64,000 bases of DNA, taken from contig JAVBUC010000063.1 of the NCBI GenBank assembly GCA_031555765.1, forward strand, positions 300 to 64,299, in the 5' to 3' direction. Numbering within the stretch: position 1 is the stretch's first letter; every line of letters starts with the position of its first letter. This document shows positions 59,206 through 64,000 of this stretch, one piece after another. The notes under the pieces were generated by a model. That model did not search any database, had not been told where the DNA came from, and worked only from the letters and a program-made list of their open reading frames with translations. This DNA comes from Bacteroides sp. (lineage in GTDB: Bacteria; Bacteroidota; Bacteroidia; Bacteroidales; Bacteroidaceae). A program made the position numbers and the translations under genes.

Positions 59206-60315
59206 TCATTGTTTCAGCAGTACGATCGTCTTCAGGGCGAAGTCGAAGAATACCATTTTGGCGTTGACGTTTTGTTCAATGTGTGCCTGCGCCTCGCTTA
59301 GCTCGTCCATGAGCCCCATCACGTTCCGTTCGTTGATGAACGGGGCGAAGCGTACGGCGAAGCCTTGTTCGTCGCCGGTCATGTAGTTGAGTTCCTTGCG
59401 GTGCAGGTTATAGATAAAATTCTCGCGTACCATCCGCTGGCAATATTCCAGCAGACTTTTCTGTCGTTCGCGTCCCAGGGCGGCCACCTGTTCACTCCAC
59501 TGCTTCATCTCCTTGATCTTACGTTGGTAGGAGAGGCGCATCAGGTTTACGAAGAGGTCGAAGAAGAGCCGGTTCTCCTCGTTCAGGTGGATGGTTTCGA
59601 GGGCTTTGATAAAGTTTCCGTTGGCCAGGTGGGCGATGGAAGCACTGTCGGCAGGCAGTACACCGTACCTTAGTTCCAGTGTGCGGGCGATGCTGATTTC
59701 GTCGAGCGGACGCACGTTGATACGTTGCGTACGGCTCAGGATGGTTTGCAGGATCATCTCCGGCTGTTCGGATATCAAGAGGAAGAGCGTCTGTGCAGGC
59801 GGCTCTTCGAGTAGCTTCAACAGTTTGTTGGCACAAGGGAGCTGCATCTTCTCGGGCAGCCAGATGAGGGTGACTTTGTATCCGCCTTCGCTCGACTTGA
59901 GGCTGAGCTTCTTCATAATCTCGTCGCTCTCCTTGGTGTAGATCACCGCCTGAGAGTTCTCTGCGTCGATTTCGCTGAGCCAGTGGTTGAGGTTGAAATA
60001 CGGATTGCCCAGTACCAATGTGCGCCATTGTTTGATGTAATCGTCGCACCGGGCCGTCTTCACCACCGGGAAAACGAAGTGCACGTCCGGGTGTACCAGC
60101 TTGTTCAGCTTCACGCACGAAGGGCAAACGCCACAAGCATCCGTCTCCGTACGGTTGGTACAGCAGATATAGCGGGTGTAAGCCAACGCCAGCGGGAAAG
60201 CACCGACACCTTCCGCCCCGCACAGAAGCTGAGCGTGCGGGATGCGTCCCTCGCTCACGTCCTGTATCAGCCGTTGCTTGATCTCTTCTTGCCCTATGAC
60301 GTCTCTGAAAAACAT
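59206..60315 (-). CDS. holB: DNA polymerase III subunit delta'
   Basis: HAQLLCG, CGVCPSC, HPDVH, NKLLKLLEEPP, TILSR. Confidence 0.92.
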   Translation of the reverse strand: MFFRDVIGQEEIKQRLIQDVSEGRIPHAQLLCGAEGVGAFPLALAYTRYICCTNRTETDACGVCPSCVKLNKLVHPDVHFVFPVVKTARCDDYIKQWRTLVLGNPYFNLNHWLSEIDAENSQAVIYTKESDEIMKKLSLKSSEGGYKVTLIWLPEKMQLPCANKLLKLLEEPPAQTLFLLISEQPEMILQTILSRTQRINVRPLDEISIARTLELRYGVLPADSASIAHLANGNFIKALETIHLNEENRLFFDLFVNLMRLSYQRKIKEMKQWSEQVAALGRERQKSLLEYCQRMVRENFIYNLHRKELNYMTGDEQGFAVRFAPFINERNVMGLMDELSEAQAHIEQNVNAKMVFFDFALKTIVLLKQ

Positions 60316-60321
60316 ACTCTT

Positions 60322-61275
60322 TTAATAAGTTTCTTTAGCCACCGCCTGGATGCTGTCCACTGCGCCGATGGAGTAGAAGTGGATGCTGGGCAGCCCGTGC
60401 TCCATCAACTCCCGGCATTGAGCCACGCACCATTCGATGCCCACCTGCTGCACTTCGGCTTCGTTCTTGCACTTCAATACTTCGCGCGTCAGTTCCTCGG
60501 GCAAGTCCACCTTGAATGTCTTGGGGATCATGCTCAGTTGCGAAGTCCGCTTGAAAGGTTTGATGCCCGGGATGATGGGGATCGTTATGCCCGCTTCCCG
60601 GCACCGGCCTACGAACTCGAAGTACTTCCGGTTGTCGTAGAAGAGCTGCGTCACGGCATATTCAGCTCCGGCCTCTACTTTCTTCTTCAGCCAGTAGATG
60701 TCCGTATCGAGGTTGGGTGCTTCTTCGTGCTTCTCGGGGTAGCAGGCTACGCCGTACGAGAAAGGCGTGCTGGTGACTTTCATCTCCGAGCCGTCCACGA
60801 ATATTCCCTTGTTGAATTGATTGATCTGTTCCTGCAGTTCGAGGGCGTGGTGATAACCGTCGCCTTCGGGGGTGAAGACCGATTCGTGCTTCGCCTTGTC
60901 GCCCCGCAGCACCAGAAGTTCGGTGATGTTGAGGAATTGCAGGTCGAGCAGCACGTATTCTGTTTCTTCACGGGAGAACCCGCTGCACAGAATATGTGGC
61001 ACTACGGTGATGTTGTACTTGTTTTGGATAGCAGCTGCCACGGCAACTGTTCCCGGGCGGCGGCGCAACCGGTTGCGTTGGAAGAGCCCGTTGCCCAGAT
61101 CCTGGTACACGTACTCGCTGCGGTGTGTGGTGATGTTGATGTATTTCGGGTCGAATTCCCGGAGTTGGTCGATGTCCTGGTACAGCTTCTCGATTCCCGT
61201 GCCTTTCAGCGGAGGGAGTATTTCGAAGGAGAATGCCGTTTGTTGGTTGCTATGTATTAAATCTATTACTTTCAT
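60322..61275 (-). CDS. metF: Methylenetetrahydrofolate reductase
   Basis: FSFEILPP, LRGD, ACYPEKH, KKKVEAGA.YAVTQLFYD, HFYS. Confidence 0.96.
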   Translation of the reverse strand: MKVIDLIHSNQQTAFSFEILPPLKGTGIEKLYQDIDQLREFDPKYINITTHRSEYVYQDLGNGLFQRNRLRRRPGTVAVAAAIQNKYNITVVPHILCSGFSREETEYVLLDLQFLNITELLVLRGDKAKHESVFTPEGDGYHHALELQEQINQFNKGIFVDGSEMKVTSTPFSYGVACYPEKHEEAPNLDTDIYWLKKKVEAGAEYAVTQLFYDNRKYFEFVGRCREAGITIPIIPGIKPFKRTSQLSMIPKTFKVDLPEELTREVLKCKNEAEVQQVGIEWCVAQCRELMEHGLPSIHFYSIGAVDSIQAVAKETY

Positions 61276-61427
61276 TCGTTCTGTATTGCGTGCTTATACA
61301 CTAAGCCTTCTGCAAAGATAATGATTTCTGCGTACCTCTTTATCTTTACTTCCTTGATTTTATGAAAATATGCCGTTTGTGAAGTAAAAAAAGTGATGTT
61401 TAAGCATTGAATACTTTTCTTTCGTAG

Positions 61428-61520
61428 GGCGAGCTGGCTTTACTCACCGACCAAGTTTATTTACCTCACCGGGATAGCATGTATCAGATGTACATCTCGT
61501 ACATCGTTCCCCGGCGAGCT
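61428..61520. repeat. Dispersed REP-like palindromic element (copy B) with 22-bp spaced CTCACC
   Basis: CTCACC at 61443 and 61465; imperfect hairpin CTCACCGGGA...TCCCCGGCGAG centred on AGATGTACATCT. Confidence 0.65.
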
Positions 61521-61789
61521 AATATACTTTCCTCGAGTTAATCTGCTTTGCCCGTTTAGTATCGCATTAAGGTCTTGGGAAACGGTTTCAGGATACTACT
61601 CATTGGCTGGATGAACCTGAAATGTCCTCGTATTTCCGCTCGTCAGGAGGAATTATGGTTTATTCTGGTCGATAAATACCGATTTGCGGGAAACAAGGGC
61701 ATTTTCTTCGCCCGAAGAATTTAACAAAAGCAAAGAAAGCATTATATTCACGGCGAAGAGGTGAATAATAGTATTATTAAAATAAGATC

Positions 61790-64000
61790 ATGAAGAAAGC
61801 ACTACTTGTATTATGGGCAGCCATCAGTTGCCTGTCGGCCTGGGCACAGGCCCCCTTCGGACAATCCGAAAGCATAAACAAAGGTTGGAAGTTTACATTA
61901 TCCGATGTGCCCGAAGCACAGGCACCGGCGTATGATGACAGCAAGTGGAAAACACTGGACGTACCGCACGACTGGAGCGTACAGGCGCAACTAAGCCCTA
62001 CCCTGGCCAGTGCCACAGGCTACCTGCCGGGCGGAATAGGTTGGTACCGCAAGGAACTGAACATACCTGCCGACAAACAAGGCGAGTTGGTCTACCTCTA
62101 TTTCGAAGGAGTTTACAACCGGAGCGAAGTATACGTGAACGGGCAACTGGCAGGGAAGCGTCCCAACGGCTACGTTTCGTTTATGTATGACATCACCCCT
62201 CTGATCCGCTACGGGCAGAAGAATGTGGTGGCCGTCCGGGTGGATCACAGCCAGAGCGCAGATTCACGTTGGTACACTGGCTCGGGCATCTACCGCGATG
62301 TGTGGATGGTGTATGCTAATCCGGTACATATTGCCCAATGGGGACCGTACGTCTATCCTGAGAATGTGACTGGCAAACAGGCCACGTTGCACGTCGAAGT
62401 AGAACTGGTGAACCAGTCGGCCGCTTCGTCTGCCCTGACGGTGGAAAGCATCTTGCTGAATCCCGCCGGACAAACAGTGGCCAAACATCAGGGCAAATTG
62501 CAAGTAGCCCCGAATGGAAAGAATACGCTGGTTGCCGATCTGAAAGTAAAGAACCCGCAACTGTGGGACTTGGACAATCCACAATTGTATCGCTTGCAAA
62601 CCGTTGTGCGTCAGCAAGGAAAGATCATCGACCGTTCGGAGACGGTGACCGGCTTCCGCTCTTTTACCTTCGACCCGAACAAAGGCTTTGCCTTGAATGG
62701 CCGTTGGATGAAAGTCAAAGGCGTCTGCCTGCACCACGATGCCGGCGTGCTCGGGGCGGCTGTTCCGCGCGATGTATGGAAGCGTCGCCTGGAGATATTG
62801 AAGTCTTTGGGCTGTAACGCCATCCGCGCCACGCACAATCCGCAGGCCCCCGACATGTACGAACTCTGCGACGAACTAGGCCTGCTGGTGATGAACGAAG
62901 CGTTCGACGAATGGGAATTCCCTAAACGCAAGTGGATAGAAGGATGGAATGTAGGCACGCCGGGATTCCAGGGAGCATTCGACTTCTTCGAAGAGTGGGG
63001 CGAGCGCGACCTGGCCGACATGGTGCAGCGCGACCGGAACCACATTTCCATCTTCGCCTGGAGCATCGGCAACGAGGTGGACTATCCGAACGATCCTTAC
63101 TCGCACCCGGTACTCGATGGCGGTGCTGCCACCGGCTTCACCCAACCCATCTTCGGCGGTTATAAACCGGATGCACCCGATGCCATGCGCCTGGGAGCCA
63201 TTGCCAAACGGCTTGCCAACGTGGTGAAGACATACGACCAGACTCGCCCTGTGACTGCCGGGCTGGCCGGTGTAGCCATGTCCAATGAAACGGAATACCC
63301 GGCTGCACTGGATATTGCCGGATACAATTATACGGAAAGCCATTACGACTCGGATCATCAGAAATATCCCAACCGGGTGATTTACGGCAGTGAGAACCGC
63401 CACGATATGGCAGCCTGGAAAGCAGTCAGGGACAAGGAACATATCTTCGGACAGTTCCTCTGGACGGGATTCGACTACCTGGGCGAATCGGGTCGTTGGC
63501 CGTCACGCGGACTCTATTCTGGTTTGGTAGATTTTGCCGGATCTGTAAAACCGCGCGGATATTTCCGCCAGTCGCTCTGGGCTGATGCACCGATGGCTTA
63601 TCTCGGTACGTACCCTGTGCCGACGCGGGGAGGCTGGATGGAAAGAGGTCCCTCGATGGATGCCTGGTCTATCTGGAATTATGAACCGGAGCAGATGATC
63701 CGGGTGGTTTGCTACACGAATCAAGCCAAAGCCCGCCTGGAACTGAATGGTAAGACGGTAGGCGAGGAGAAGCCGTACGATGATAAAACGGGTATCCTTG
63801 CTTGGGATGTTCCTTATCAGGCTGGTAAGTTGGAAGTCGTGGCGTTGAACGAGGAAGGCAAGGAGTCGGCACGTTATGCCATTCAGTCTTCAGGAAGACC
63901 GTATGCTTTGGTTGTCCAGTCTTCGAAAAAGACGATCGGCAAGGACGGGCTGGCACAAGTAGTGCTTCAGGTAGTGGACGATAACGGGCTACTCGTGATG
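61790..64000 (+). CDS. Glycoside hydrolase family 2 (beta-galactosidase-like), runs off the window end
   Basis: Read manually from ATG 61790 (absent from the ORF track): signal peptide, VPHDWS, GWYRK, FEGVY, RWYTGSGIYRDV, KGVCLHHDAG, WSIGNE. Confidence 0.93.
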   Translation, partial: MKKALLVLWAAISCLSAWAQAPFGQSESINKGWKFTLSDVPEAQAPAYDDSKWKTLDVPHDWSVQAQLSPTLASATGYLPGGIGWYRKELNIPADKQGELVYLYFEGVYNRSEVYVNGQLAGKRPNGYVSFMYDITPLIRYGQKNVVAVRVDHSQSADSRWYTGSGIYRDVWMVYANPVHIAQWGPYVYPENVTGKQATLHVEVELVNQSAASSALTVESILLNPAGQTVAKHQGKLQVAPNGKNTLVADLKVKNPQLWDLDNPQLYRLQTVVRQQGKIIDRSETVTGFRSFTFDPNKGFALNGRWMKVKGVCLHHDAGVLGAAVPRDVWKRRLEILKSLGCNAIRATHNPQAPDMYELCDELGLLVMNEAFDEWEFPKRKWIEGWNVGTPGFQGAFDFFEEWGERDLADMVQRDRNHISIFAWSIGNEVDYPNDPYSHPVLDGGAATGFTQPIFGGYKPDAPDAMRLGAIAKRLANVVKTYDQTRPVTAGLAGVAMSNETEYPAALDIAGYNYTESHYDSDHQKYPNRVIYGSENRHDMAAWKAVRDKEHIFGQFLWTGFDYLGESGRWPSRGLYSGLVDFAGSVKPRGYFRQSLWADAPMAYLGTYPVPTRGGWMERGPSMDAWSIWNYEPEQMIRVVCYTNQAKARLELNGKTVGEEKPYDDKTGILAWDVPYQAGKLEVVALNEEGKESARYAIQSSGRPYALVVQSSKKTIGKDGLAQVVLQVVDDNGLLVM

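Noticed and set aside
61276-61320. SAM riboswitch upstream of metF
   Set aside because: A TATCTTTG promoter sits ~40 bp from the start codon, leaving no room, and no aptamer motif is recognisable.

Overview
Bacteroides-type (Bacteroidales) chromosomal window, judged from the TAnnTTTG promoters and the gene content. Most of it is core housekeeping: an exbB-exbD-exbD-tonB-PstS-like-TPR operon, a GntR/YtrA ABC operon, tRNA-fMet, tetR-fabG-rluA, a sigma54 response regulator with a hybrid kinase nearby, PPIase, M16 peptidase, MATE, tamB with an Omp85 lipoprotein, ABC-F, pepO, a TonB-dependent receptor/DUF4249 operon, purH-mreBCD-mrdA-rodA, gldH-ricT-holB-metF and a truncated GH2. The accessory part is at about 27.6-37.7 kb. 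There a module (membrane AraC regulator, DUF3089 hydrolase lipoprotein, small YxxP peptide, fimbrillin/FGE-sulfatase lipoprotein) lies between two ~560-bp non-coding scaffolds 5428 bp apart. The scaffolds have diverged in sequence but keep almost identical spacing. Each opens with a 44-bp palindrome and contains its own, unrelated 22-bp-period array. An orphan 3' remnant of another adhesin gene precedes the first scaffold, which suggests a cassette-exchange locus; no recombinase is visible in the window. Other points of interest are a sigma54 promoter and enhancer driving a region with no intact ORF, a secreted leader ORF ending YYIFALRRILI, and several REP-like and 21-23-bp periodic intergenic arrays. 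All assignments come from motif recognition by eye; no searches were run.
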